Source: an uncultured Planctomycetaceae bacterium (GTDB lineage: Bacteria; Planctomycetota; Planctomycetia; Isosphaerales; Isosphaeraceae). Taken from it: DNA of 64,000 nucleotides. The notes under the pieces are model-generated. The model did not search any database. It was not told the origin of the DNA and worked only from the letters and a program-made list of their open reading frames with translations. Shown in pieces: positions 36,821-47,581 of the stretch. The DNA lies in the NCBI GenBank assembly GCA_963833985.1, contig CAWIAD010000002.1:2304001-2368000 (forward strand), read 5' to 3'. Each line of letters opens with the position of its first letter. The stretch's first letter is position 1. The position numbers were made by a program, and so were the translations under genes.

Positions 36821-39391
36821 GGCGGATCGGCCTGGCCCTGGCTTCCTGCTTGGTCTTGCTGCTCCTCGGGGCCGCCTGCTTCGTGCGGCTGCTGGCGAGC
36901 CCCTGCTGCCTGATTGCCGACGCCGAACGCCCCAGCGTGGATTACGCCAACCACGGCGACGATCGCGGCCTGGGCAACGACGCCACCTTCGTCTTCCTTC
37001 CTCGTCATCTCTACGTGGCCAAGGTGCTCTCCGAGTTCGGCCACCTGCCGGCATGGGACAGCGCCGGGTTTGGCGGCCGGCCGATCATTGGCAACCCGCA
37101 GAGCGGCATCTTCTATCCGCCGGTCTGGATCTGCTGGGTTTTTCCGCACCCCGCCGTCCTGGGCTGGCTGACGTTCGGGCATCTGCTCGGAGCCGGGCTG
37201 GGAGTGTACGTGCTGGCACGAAGCCAGTACCTGGAACGCTGGCCGGCCGTCGTTGCGGCAGGTGTCTTTCAGGCCGCTCCATACCTTCTGGCGCAGACGT
37301 TCGAGGGCCATTATCCGCACGTCTGGTCGGCCTGCTGGTATCCCTGGGCCTTCTGGGCCTGTGCCAGAAGCCGGGCTGGTGATGTGCGCGGCCTGCTGGC
37401 CCTTCCGCTGGTGCTGGCCATGACCTATCTCACAGGGCACCCGCAGGAGTGGCTCCAGCTCCTGACCGCGCTGACGGTCTGGGTGCTGGTCGATGCGGTG
37501 AGCCTGTACCGCAAGGGACGCGAGGGGAAGGCGGCCGCGGTGCGGTCGGTCCTCGCCTGGACCGGCATCGTGGCGCTTGGCCTGGGCTTGGTTGCGGTGG
37601 ATCTGGAGCCCGCGCGCCGGCTCCTGCCCTGGACTCAGAGCCCGTCATTGGCTCAGGCCGGATCGTCCCAGCCGCGCAACTACCAGCTCCATTACCTCAA
37701 TGGACTGCAACTGCTCTCGGTGGAAGCGCTGGGAGGTCCCGCGGATTATCTCGGCGTGGACAACTTCTGGGAGTCCGTCCTGGCGTACGGCCTGATCGCG
37801 CTGGTGCTGAGCGTGGTTGCGATGATCTCCTCGCCCCGCCGGAGGCCCGTGCGCGGCTGGACCCTGCTGGCCGTTCTTTCCATCTGGTTCGCGGCCGGGC
37901 GGCAATCCGCGATCTACCACGTGCTTTGCAGCGTTCTGCCCGCGCTGGCCTGGTTTCGAGTGCCGGCACGTTCGCTTTTCCTGGCGTCGCTGGCCGTGGC
38001 GATGCTTTCGGGCTTCGGGGTCGAGACCCTGCGGAGCGCGCTGGTCGAGCGCGCGCCCTGGCGGGGGTTCGCGGCGCGCCTGCTCAGGGCGGGGGGCGCG
38101 GTACTTGTGCTCCTGGCCACGGGCAGGCAACTGGCCCTCTTTTGCCTGGTGGGCACGGCCAGCCTGAACCTCTCCGAGGTACAATCCGCAAGGAAAGGCC
38201 GGGAATGGGATGAGCCGGCTGCGCTGGTGGCCGCCCGGTACGCTCCGGACGTCTGGCGCGCCTGCCAGGCCACCGATCGCCTGCTGCACGATCGCGTCTT
38301 CTGGATCACCGGTCTGGCTCTGAGCGGCGCCGTGGGCGCCGGTTGCCTGGCGGCCACACGAACGGGCCGGTCGCGCATGGCAGACCTGATCGGCCTGCTG
38401 GCGCTCTGCGAGCTGGCATGGCACGGCCAGGCACTCTTGAAGGTGGCACCGGCGGACCTCTTCTTTCAACCCGACCCCGTGAGCGAAAGCCTGATTTTGA
38501 ACAGCGGCCACGAGGCGTTCGCCGGTCCCCTGCGCGTCCGTGCGCGCGACGCCTTCTTCCTCGATCTCCAGGCCGTCCGCTACGGAATCGAGAAGACCAA
38601 CGTGAATGATGTGTTCCAGATCCAGGCTGCGGCGTACCTTTACAAGACCCTGTACCCGGTTGCCGTGCGCACAGCCACTCTTCGAAGAGCCCATGTCGTT
38701 GGCCGTGGACGACCGTCGCCGGCGGATCCGCCAGGGAGTATTCGACCGCATGGGGGTTGCGGCACTGGTGTCCGATCGCGTTGAACCCGACCCGCCCTGG
38801 CCGGTGCGCTCGCGGGGTCAAATCCGGGGACGAGACTACGTCATCCAGGAAAACCCGGCAGCATTACCGAGGGCGTACGTGGTTCCACGGGCGGAGGTTG
38901 AGAAGGACGAACCGGCACTCATGCTGGCGCGGTTCACGTCGGTCGATCCCCGCGCCGCGGTACTGATGGCTCACGATCCGCTGGCCGGTTTACCCGGCGG
39001 CGACCGTCAGCCGTTCGCACCCGCCTCATGGCTATCGCGTGACCCGGACCATCCTCGCCTGGAGGTCTCCACCACCGCTCCATGTCTGCTGGTGATCTCC
39101 GACACCTGGCTGCCGGGCTGGTCGGCGCAGGTTGACGGCAAGCCGGCCCCCGTGTTCCGGGGCAATCTGGCGCAGCGTGTCATTCCGATTGGAGGCCCGG
39201 GACGGCACCGTGTCGATCTGCACTACAGTCCGCCAGGCCTGAAGCTCGGCGGCCTGATCACGGCGGGCTCGGCCCTCATCTGGACGGTGCTCGGGTTGCT
39301 CGCGGTCCGGCGGCGCCGGCAGTCGGCAACGATCAAGGCTCTCCCCGAGCGTCACGCAGCGAGTGTGGCCGCCCCGCTCCCGGAGCATTGA
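36817..39391 (+). CDS. YfhO-family polytopic membrane protein (GT-C-like; frameshift near 38668)
   Basis: LPAWD..FGGRPIIGNPQSGIFYPP, GHPQ, FRVPARSL, ENPAALPRAY, LVISDTWLPGWSAQVDG; ATGA-coupled to the GT4 gene. Confidence 0.82.
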
Positions 39392-39478
39392 CGGCCCCGT
39401 TGTCGGCTGGCACGATGAACGTTCGCGTGCAAGTGGCGGGCCTCCATCCCGAGTCGACGTTCCGCGGGAACCCACGTC

Positions 39479-39928
39479 ATGTCCGAGCACCATGCGACGA
39501 TTCTCTGGAAGCGGGAGACGGCGGATTTCGCGTACGAGACCTACAATCGCGAGCATGACTGGCAATTCGACGCGGGCATCACGGTACGCGCCTCGGCGGC
39601 CCCGGAGTACAAGGGGATCGAGTCGTGCGTCGATCCCGAGGAGGCGTTTGTCGCCAGCCTGTCGAGCTGCCACATGCTCACCTTCCTGGCGATTGCCGCT
39701 CGCAAGCGTCTGACGGTGGACAGCTACCGCGACGCGGCTGTGGGCATCTTGGCCAGGGACGCGGCCGGCAAGCTGGCCATCACCCGGGTCACGCTCCGTC
39801 CCGAGGTGCACTTTCAAGGGGAACCGCAGCCGACCTCCGAGGAACTTCGGAAGCTGCATGACCAGGCCCACCACGCTTGCTTCATCGCCAGCTCGGTGAA
39901 GACCGAGGTGATCGTGGAAATCGCCTGA
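39479..39928 (+). CDS. OsmC/Ohr family protein
   Basis: DPEEAFVASLSSCHMLTFL and AHHACFIASSV (two conserved Cys). Confidence 0.92.
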   Translation: MSEHHATILWKRETADFAYETYNREHDWQFDAGITVRASAAPEYKGIESCVDPEEAFVASLSSCHMLTFLAIAARKRLTVDSYRDAAVGILARDAAGKLAITRVTLRPEVHFQGEPQPTSEELRKLHDQAHHACFIASSVKTEVIVEIA

Positions 39929-39971
39929 GCGGCAAGGCGACACCGTTCCGGCGATCCGCATCTCTTCCGAT

Positions 39972-40526
39972 TCACTTCGCCCGGGTCACAAGCTCGCGGA
40001 CGCGCTGCTTGAGGATACGCAACTCGACGGCCCTGCCGAATCCTACATTGTCCGTACCTGAATTCCTCACGAAGGGCATGCCATCGGGAAGGACGACGTC
40101 CATGAAGAATGTGACGTATGCCTTGCCGTCGATGTTCGTGAGGGGCATCCGGCCGCGCCCGGCCCAGACGATGTGCCAGCCGACTGATTTGTCTTGAGCG
40201 AGAAACAGCAGGACGGTCTCTCCGGGCTCGGCTCCGGTGATGTCGCAGATCCATTGCGGCGTCACGGAGTACTCGATGGTTTCCCTCTTCGCGCCTTTCC
40301 AGACCTCGACCACTGACGCCAGGGCGCGGACCCTGCCATCGTCGGGCCGAACTCCCACCGACCGCACTTTCGCGACCAGGATCGCCTCACTTTCGCTCAC
40401 AAGATCCGAGATCTTTGGGGGCACGACCGATAGCGCTCCCGCAGCGGCTGGAGCTTGCCCCACTCCGCGGCAAAGCCAGACCAGAGAGAAGATGACAGCC
40501 AGGCGACCACATCGTTGGAAGTTCAT
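39972..40526 (-). CDS. hypothetical secreted protein
   Basis: Signal-like N-terminus; DLVSESEAILVAKV..VVEVWKG..PGETVLLFL resembles TIMP/OB-like small secreted domains. Confidence 0.6.
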   Translation of the reverse strand: MNFQRCGRLAVIFSLVWLCRGVGQAPAAAGALSVVPPKISDLVSESEAILVAKVRSVGVRPDDGRVRALASVVEVWKGAKRETIEYSVTPQWICDITGAEPGETVLLFLAQDKSVGWHIVWAGRGRMPLTNIDGKAYVTFFMDVVLPDGMPFVRNSGTDNVGFGRAVELRILKQRVRELVTRAK

Positions 40527-40648
40527 AGCGACCCTCCCTCGGACCGATAGACGCAAGAGCCTCGTGGATTACTGCGGTCAGTCGTTGCCATTTCACTCCG
40601 CGAAGCATCCATCATGCGATTATTCGTGTTCCAGAATAATCTTCGAGA

Positions 40649-43125
40649 TCAGTGTGGTCCCGATAAGAGCTTGTGCAGCCGCTCCAGGCGATTTCGGATC
40701 AGGCTGTGCACCTCCGGGTTTTCGGGGTCGCGAATGGCTGCCTGGAACGCGGCTTCGAGGGCGCTTCGCTCCCAGCGCTCGATCACCTCTCGAGAGTCTT
40801 GACGATAGGCGATCTTCGCTTTCTGCACGCAGGCCTCGCTCAGGACCATGTACGAGCTGGCCTGGTCGGGAGCGACGCGGACCAGCCGGCTGCCCAGCGC
40901 CAGCCATTGATCGGCGATCCGCCGGGCTTCCGCCAGCTTGTCGGCCCGTCTTTGCCACGCGATCATCGTCACGCCGTAACGCCGCATCACCGAACCGATC
41001 GCGGCAACGCGCGGCGGGTCGATGCCCACACAGATAGCATCCTCATACAGCGATGCGATGAGATGATCAGCCCAGGCTTCGTCCGCGACGACCTGGCCAT
41101 CCGCTGGAAGGGGTGACGCAGGATCGACGGAGGGCAGCCAGCCGCATCTCCGCACCGCCAGCTCCGCCAGCGCGTGCTCCAGTGGATCGTTCGACCAGCC
41201 GGCCCTGCGAGTGGGGTGCGCGCCGAAGGCAGCAGGGGCCCGGCGGGCAGCCGTCCGAGCGCCGCCAGGGTCAGCGCCTCACACAGGACATGCTCGACGC
41301 CGCGCGCCTCGGCAGCCGGAACGGCCCTGAGGCGATCGAGATCTTGCTCGAGTTCCTGCCGGGCATGGTGCCTCTGCCCATGCAGAACGAGGTTATCCGC
41401 ATGCCACCGGTGAATGTTGTGAACCTGAGAAAGAGACTGGAGGAGGTTGCCATCGGCTTGCCTCATGCCATCAACGAGTGCAAGCGCACGCGTGTTCCAG
41501 GTCTTGTAGCGAACCTCATATTCCGGAGCGGTCAGATTCGAGAGCAGGGAAACAGCGGCATCGAACCGGATTCGCACAACGTCCACATCCGCCGGATGGA
41601 CTGCGAGATGGCGGTCACACAAGGCCACCGCTTCCTCCAGGAGTGATATGGCCCTGGCCCTTTTCCGATCGAGCACCTCGGACATGGCGAGATGACGATC
41701 GATCCGGGCGAGCCGTATCACAGCGCCCGCATCCAGCGAGTAGCGCCGGGAGAGCTCCAGGGCGTGCTTGCGCGCGGCCTCGAGCGCCGCTTTCTCGTTG
41801 GGATCGTTCTTGTGAAACTGATCCAGGATCTGGGGGTGAATCCCGTCCAGAACCTGGTCCAGCGATCGAGCGGCGACCTCGTAGCTTGCCTGCGAGCGCC
41901 GATAGAGACCCATCAAGAGGACGACCCCGGCGCAAAGCGTCAGGAATAAGGCCGCGGCCAGCGACGCGATGACGGGCTGGCGGCGGCAAAAGCGGCAGAA
42001 ATGCTGGAACGAGGATACGGGCCGGGCCTGGATCGGCCGGCCTTCGAGCCAGCGGCGCAGGTCCTCGGCCAGCTCGCGGGCCGAAGCGTACCGGGTGGCG
42101 GGCTGCTTCTCCAGGCATCTTCGCGCAATGGTCTCCAGGTTCCGTGGCACGTCCGGGCGCAGGCTGCGCAGGGATGGAGGTTCGTGAAGCTCAATGTGAC
42201 GCAGGGTCTGTGCGTCATTGATGCCCTGAAAGGGAGATCTGCCGACCAGCAAGCGGTAGAGCAGCACGCCCAGCGCGAAGACATCGGCACCTGCTCCGGC
42301 GGCGCTCCAACCGCCGTGGACCACTTCCGGGGCAAGGTACTCGATCCTTCCAATGAGCGCGCCATTTTCCGTCGCGGCTTCCGGGGCTTCCATTCGGTTT
42401 TCCGGCCAATCCGGGCGAATCTTCTTGGCCAGGCCAAAATCGGCAAGCTTGGCGGTGTAGCCGAACGGCGGGTCCTCGTCAGGTCCGGGATCACGGGGAA
42501 AGAGCAGGATGTTGGCGGGGCAGATATCGCGGTGAATCAGCCCGTTCTGATGACAGAACGCGGCCCCTTCCGCCACTTCGGCGAGGATCCGCACCGCCAG
42601 GCGCAGGGGCACGGGATCCCGCCGTGTCTCCATCCAGCGGCCCAGCGTGGGACCCGGGCAGAGCTCCATGACCAGGAAGTCTTGACTCCCGGCTCGCGCC
42701 ATCTCGAAGATCCGGATCACGTGCGGGTGATCGATGCGGGTCAGCCGCGCCTCGTTCGCGAATCGGCCCCGTCCCCGGGCGTCGAGTGCCGCGTGCGGCA
42801 AGAGCAGTTTCAACGCCACATCGTGCCCACGCATCCGATCGAAGGCCCGGTAGACGGCGCCCAGGCCGCCCACGCCCAAGCACTCCTGGAGGTGGAACCG
42901 GTCGCCCGTGCAGGCGCAGGGCCCTGGGGGTCCGCCGATCGGCCCGGGCGGGCCGTTCTGGTCAGGGGCCGGTTCCCAGCATTCGTCCTCGATTGCCGCC
43001 AGCCGACTGCAACACTCTGCACAGCTGCCAAGGTGGTCGGCCAGGGTCTCGAGCCGAGGTTCGGCACAGGCTCCCCGAGTGAAGGCTTGCCAGTCATCCA
43101 GGCTCGGGCAGGGCGGCGCACTCAT
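40649..43125 (-). CDS. Ser/Thr protein kinase with N-terminal HxxxCxxC motif (frameshift near 41200-41240)
   Basis: HLGSCAEC; LGVGGLGAVY, VALKLL, HRDICPANILL, ADFGLAK, YLAPE; TM segment; helical C-terminus continues in ORF 40649..41155. Confidence 0.85.
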
Positions 43126-43138
43126 GAAGGCACCTCTC

Positions 43139-43979
43139 TCAACCGGACGAGGGAACGGCCCGGCCCTGCCGGACGCGGGCGGCCTGGGACGCCTGGCAGC
43201 GCAGCCGGCCGCTCAGGCGATGGAGCACCGTGGCGACCGCGCGCTCCACCTCCAGGACACGGCGCCCGGATCGCTGCGCGACGGCGTCCGGAGAGTTACC
43301 CTCGACGGCGACCGCCACGAACAGGCTCCATGTCGGCTCGTCGAATTCATGCTGCAAGCCGGCGGCCTCGGCGCCAATCTCCTCGCGCAGGCCTGCGCAG
43401 CACCCGCGCCTTGGCGGTGAAGACCCTGTCCAGGCTCATCCCCAGCTCAGCAGCCACCTCGGCCGCGGAATGGCCCTCGAGCACCAGCTTGCGGAACGCC
43501 AGCCAGTTGTTCGGCTCGGCACAGCGCCGGCGCACCCGATCAAGGATGACCTCATACGCTGCGCCATCGCGGTCGTGATGCTCCGACGGCTCAGGATCGA
43601 GGCGAAGGTCTTGCGGAACCGCGTCGAGCTGCTCGGGAGAAAACGTCAGGACGCGGCGCGCCCTCTCGCGGTGCAGATCGCCAATCTTGTTCAAGAGAAC
43701 CCGCAGGAGCCAGGGCCGCAACGACGCCCCAGGATGATTGTGGCGAAAGCGGCGGAAGCCCGGCAGTGCCAGGAGCACTTCCTGAACCACGTCCTGCGCG
43801 TCTCCATGTTCGACCCTCCGCCGCAGGCAAATGGAAAACAACCAGGCCGCATACCGGTTCCAGTCGCCGCACCATCCCTCCAGCGCCCCGGCCGAGGAAT
43901 CGAACCACTGCTTCAGTCCGAGCGACGTGGGGCCGGGATCGGCCACGGGACAACGAGACGCGGCATAAGGGTCTGCCAT
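43139..43979 (-). CDS. ECF sigma factor with duplicated region-4-like C-terminal extension (frameshift near 43392)
   Basis: DAQDVVQEV, SLRPWLLRVLLNKIGD, WLAFRKLVLEGHSAAEVAAELGMS..AKARVLRR; removing one base gives LREEI and continues into a second similar unit. Confidence 0.75.
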
Positions 43980-44201
43980 CGTTGAATTTCATCCGTTGCA
44001 GGCGGACACTGATTGCGCGAGAGATGATCGCCATGCACACATGTGCTCGACGAGACTCAACTTAGCAACTCGGTCCGTCCCACGCAAGAAAAAAGTTTTT
44101 TTGTCCTTTTCGGTCTGGCAGCCTGCCACGTGACAGGTGCTCCGATATGCCTTGTGAGCGTTCCGTGTGAATCGTCAGGAACCTCTGCCCGGAGATCGAT
44201 G

Positions 44202-44924
44202 ATGAGTGCAGATTCCCCTTCGACCGGCGAGCCCGCGCAGCGCGACGGCAAGCCGACGGCGCTTGACTCCGAGTTCCTGCGGCGGATCGCCGCGGGCGAC
44301 CAGCAGGCCTCCGCGGCGTTCCTTGCGCTCGTGCATGACCGGGCGTGCCAGCTAGTGGAGGATGCCTTGACCGGCCCACCGCAACGGCGCTCGGCGGTCG
44401 TTGAGAGGCTCATCCGTGCGTATTGCCGCGACGATTTGCAGATCCAGGCCGCGCTTCTTTCGGCCCAGACGTCCTTCCGCCGTTACCTGCTGGATCTCAC
44501 CCAGTCGGGAGACATAAGGGACGACCGCGATTACGTCTCGGCGCTCATCAGCCTGGCTTACAACCGCTGGCAGCGACAGCACTACAGCACGAAGAAGACC
44601 CAGCGCCAGATGGCCGCGGCCGCCCCCAGAAACGGTGACGATGATCAGGCTCCGGCGCGGCTGACGCAGGTGGCGGACTCGCGTCCCGGCCCCGATCACA
44701 AGACGACGATCGAGGATTTTTATGAAAAACTCCTCGAGGAAATTCACTTGATGAGTGCAGGGCTGAAGCCAGGAGAGGCCGACGTGGTTTACCTGCGGCT
44801 CTTCCAGGAGCTGACTTACGAGCAAATTTCCGGCGAGGTCGGCAAGTCCATCGCCAGCGTCCATCGCATTTGCCAGCAGGTGGTCGCCCACCTGCGCCAG
44901 CGGTTCCGCGACTCCGCGCCGTGA
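44202..44924 (+). CDS. divergent ECF-type sigma factor
   Basis: LRRIAAGDQQAS at the N-terminus; region 4 VVYLRLFQELTYEQISGEVGKSIASVHR; immediately precedes a kinase. Confidence 0.7.
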   Translation: MSADSPSTGEPAQRDGKPTALDSEFLRRIAAGDQQASAAFLALVHDRACQLVEDALTGPPQRRSAVVERLIRAYCRDDLQIQAALLSAQTSFRRYLLDLTQSGDIRDDRDYVSALISLAYNRWQRQHYSTKKTQRQMAAAAPRNGDDDQAPARLTQVADSRPGPDHKTTIEDFYEKLLEEIHLMSAGLKPGEADVVYLRLFQELTYEQISGEVGKSIASVHRICQQVVAHLRQRFRDSAP

Positions 44925-44969
44925 GCACAGAAATACCCTTCACCATTCACGCACCGCCAAGGAGCAGCG

Positions 44970-47480
44970 ATGCCCAGCCTTGCCGAGCGCCTGCTTGATC
45001 TTGATTCCTCCGCGATGGACGAGTACCGCACCTGGACGGACGCCTACGAGTCGGCCTGGGCGATGGACGAGGCTTCGGAGCCGCGGCCGGAGGAGTACCT
45101 GCCGGAGCGTGACCCGCCCGCCAGGCTGGTGCTCGTGCAGAATCTCAAGGTCGCTCTGGAGTACCTGGGCCGGCAAGGCAAAAATCTCGACCCGCGCGGC
45201 TTCCTTGACCGCTTTCCGCGGATTGCCGGAGATGACGATGCGCTGGTCGAGGTCCTGGCATGGGGCTCGCGGCTGGCCGACTCCACGCCTGGCTCGGGCA
45301 TCGAGTCGTTCTCGCTCCCCTCGCTGGCCGAGAAGTTTCCTGAGCTTCAAGGCGCCATCGCCGAGCGCAGGTCCGAGCTTTATCGGGAGCAGGGCGGCGC
45401 CTTTCCTCCCGAACTGGCTCCGATGGGAACCAGGCTGCTCCACGAGCTGCCCCGGGGCGGCATGAGCCGGCTCGCGCTCATCTGGAACGAGAGCGTGGGC
45501 CGCGAGGAAGTGCTCAAGCTCATCGACCCGGTCGGCCGCGAAGGCCCGCAAGCCGTGGAGCGGTTCCGGCTCGAGATCCGCCTGGCCGGCGACCGGGCCG
45601 GCAGCCGCGTTGTGCCGGTCTTCAGCGCGGGGAGCGTCCACGGCCACCTCTACTACACCATGCCCTATCTGCGGGGCGGCAGCCTGCGCGACCGGCTCAA
45701 GCAAGGCTCGGTCACGCTCGCCGAGGGCGTGCGGGTGCTCTCGTCCGTGGCCCGTTCGGTACACATGCTGCACACCCAGGAGCCGCAGCTCATCCACCGC
45801 GATCTGAAGCCCGAAAACCTGCTCTTCAGCGGCCCGGGGCTGGCCGATCCCTGGATTGCCGACCTGGGCGTGGCACGGTTGATCGCCGAGACCGCCGAGC
45901 CCGGGCTGACCAGGCAGGGAACCGAGTGCCTGGGCACTCCCGGCTACATGGCCCCGGAGCAAATTCGCGATGACGCCCGCGCGGCAGGGCCGCCAGCCGA
46001 TATCCATGCCCTGGGCGCCATACTTTATGAGCTGCTCACCGGCCGCCCGCCATTTTATGACCAGAACCCGAGGGTGGCGCTGCGGAGGACCGAAGAGCAG
46101 GCTCCACTCAAGCCCAGCGGCGTGACCGCCAGCGCGGTACCGCCAGACCTGGAGGTCCTGGCGCTGAAGGCCCTGCGCAAGGACCCGGCCGATCGGTTTC
46201 GGACCGCGCTGGAGTTCGCCGAGGAGCTCGACCGGTGGTCGGCCGGGCTGCCCATCCGCTCGCGGCCGCCCTCGTTCTGGAGCCAGTTGCGATCGCTGGT
46301 CCGGCGCCATCCGCGCACGTCCTATGGTACCGCGGCTGCCGCGCTGGGATTGATCAGCCTGGCAATCCTCTCGTTCGCTCTCTTCCTGGGCGAGCGGACC
46401 CAGAAGCGGCGCGCGGACCGGACCAGCCGGCGCGTGGTGAGCACGTTGCACAGGGAGGCCGAGCGCGCGGTTGAATCGGGCATGTCGAGGCAGCGCGCGG
46501 AGACACTCCGCGAGATCGCCCAGGGCCTTGAATTTGTCGTCCATGAGAACGGCGGCGAGGGCTCCGTGGAGCTGGGCACCGCGCTCAACGGACTGGCGCT
46601 CATCGACCTCGCGCTCGGCGAGGTTCCCCAGGCGGTTGCCGCCAGCCGCCAGGCGGAGGATGTATTCGCCAATCTGGCGCCCGCTTACGACACGCGGCTC
46701 GGACTGGCCTCGGCCCAGCTTCAGACCGGTCGGTTACTCTTTCGCGACGGCAAGCCCGCCGAGGGAGAGGCGAGTACAGCGACGGCTGTCGAATCGCTTC
46801 AGGAGCTCATTGCCGAGCGACCCGATGACCATGTGGCCCGGGCACGGCTGGCCCGCGCGCTCGTGAACCTGGGCAACTTTGCCCGCGGCGATCGCTTCGA
46901 GCTTTCGGTGACCCGCTACAAGCAGGCGATCGAGCAATGGGAAGTCCTCTGCCAGCCGGCGACCGTTCAACCCGGCGACCTGGGATGGTACGCCAGGACG
47001 TTGAGCAACCTCGGGCTGCTGCTGGCCGAGAAAGGCAACCTTGCGGACGCAGTGCCCATCCTGACCGAGGCCGCCACCCGCGCCGAGCGGCTGGCCGAAC
47101 TGCTGCCGGACCAGAAGGAAGTGCTCGACAACCTCGGTGCCTGCCGGAGCAACCTGGGCGAGGCCCTCACGAGCGCTGGCCGGCCGGCCGACGCCGTTCC
47201 CGTGCTGACCGGCGCGCTCGAGGCTTACCAGCACCTGGCCCGCCGGTTCCCCGACGAGACCGAGGGCGTCTGGGGTACGGCGATGGTCCAGACGATGCTG
47301 GCCGAGGCACTGCTCACAACAGGGCGAGAGCGCGAGTCGCTTCCACTGCTGGACGCCGCCGGAGCCGGCTTCGAGGCCGTCGCGAAGAAGGTCCCCGACG
47401 ACCCCGAGCTCAAGAGCCACATCGCGAGGCACCAGCAGCTTCTGGCCCGTGCCCGGACGGCGGGCGCCGGAGCGAAGTAA
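44970..47480 (+). CDS. Ser/Thr protein kinase with TM segment and TPR-like C-terminus
   Basis: RGGMSR, EVLKLI, HRDLKPENLL, IADLGVAR, GTPGYMAPEQ, DIHALGAILYELLTG. Confidence 0.9.
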   Translation: MPSLAERLLDLDSSAMDEYRTWTDAYESAWAMDEASEPRPEEYLPERDPPARLVLVQNLKVALEYLGRQGKNLDPRGFLDRFPRIAGDDDALVEVLAWGSRLADSTPGSGIESFSLPSLAEKFPELQGAIAERRSELYREQGGAFPPELAPMGTRLLHELPRGGMSRLALIWNESVGREEVLKLIDPVGREGPQAVERFRLEIRLAGDRAGSRVVPVFSAGSVHGHLYYTMPYLRGGSLRDRLKQGSVTLAEGVRVLSSVARSVHMLHTQEPQLIHRDLKPENLLFSGPGLADPWIADLGVARLIAETAEPGLTRQGTECLGTPGYMAPEQIRDDARAAGPPADIHALGAILYELLTGRPPFYDQNPRVALRRTEEQAPLKPSGVTASAVPPDLEVLALKALRKDPADRFRTALEFAEELDRWSAGLPIRSRPPSFWSQLRSLVRRHPRTSYGTAAAALGLISLAILSFALFLGERTQKRRADRTSRRVVSTLHREAERAVESGMSRQRAETLREIAQGLEFVVHENGGEGSVELGTALNGLALIDLALGEVPQAVAASRQAEDVFANLAPAYDTRLGLASAQLQTGRLLFRDGKPAEGEASTATAVESLQELIAERPDDHVARARLARALVNLGNFARGDRFELSVTRYKQAIEQWEVLCQPATVQPGDLGWYARTLSNLGLLLAEKGNLADAVPILTEAATRAERLAELLPDQKEVLDNLGACRSNLGEALTSAGRPADAVPVLTGALEAYQHLARRFPDETEGVWGTAMVQTMLAEALLTTGRERESLPLLDAAGAGFEAVAKKVPDDPELKSHIARHQQLLARARTAGAGAK

Positions 47481-47581
47481 CGCTGCCGCCGTGGATCGTT
47501 GTCTGACATTGATCACCATGTTTTACCAGATCGTTTCTTTTACACGTTGACGAACCTCACACTGCACCAAGGATTCATCCC

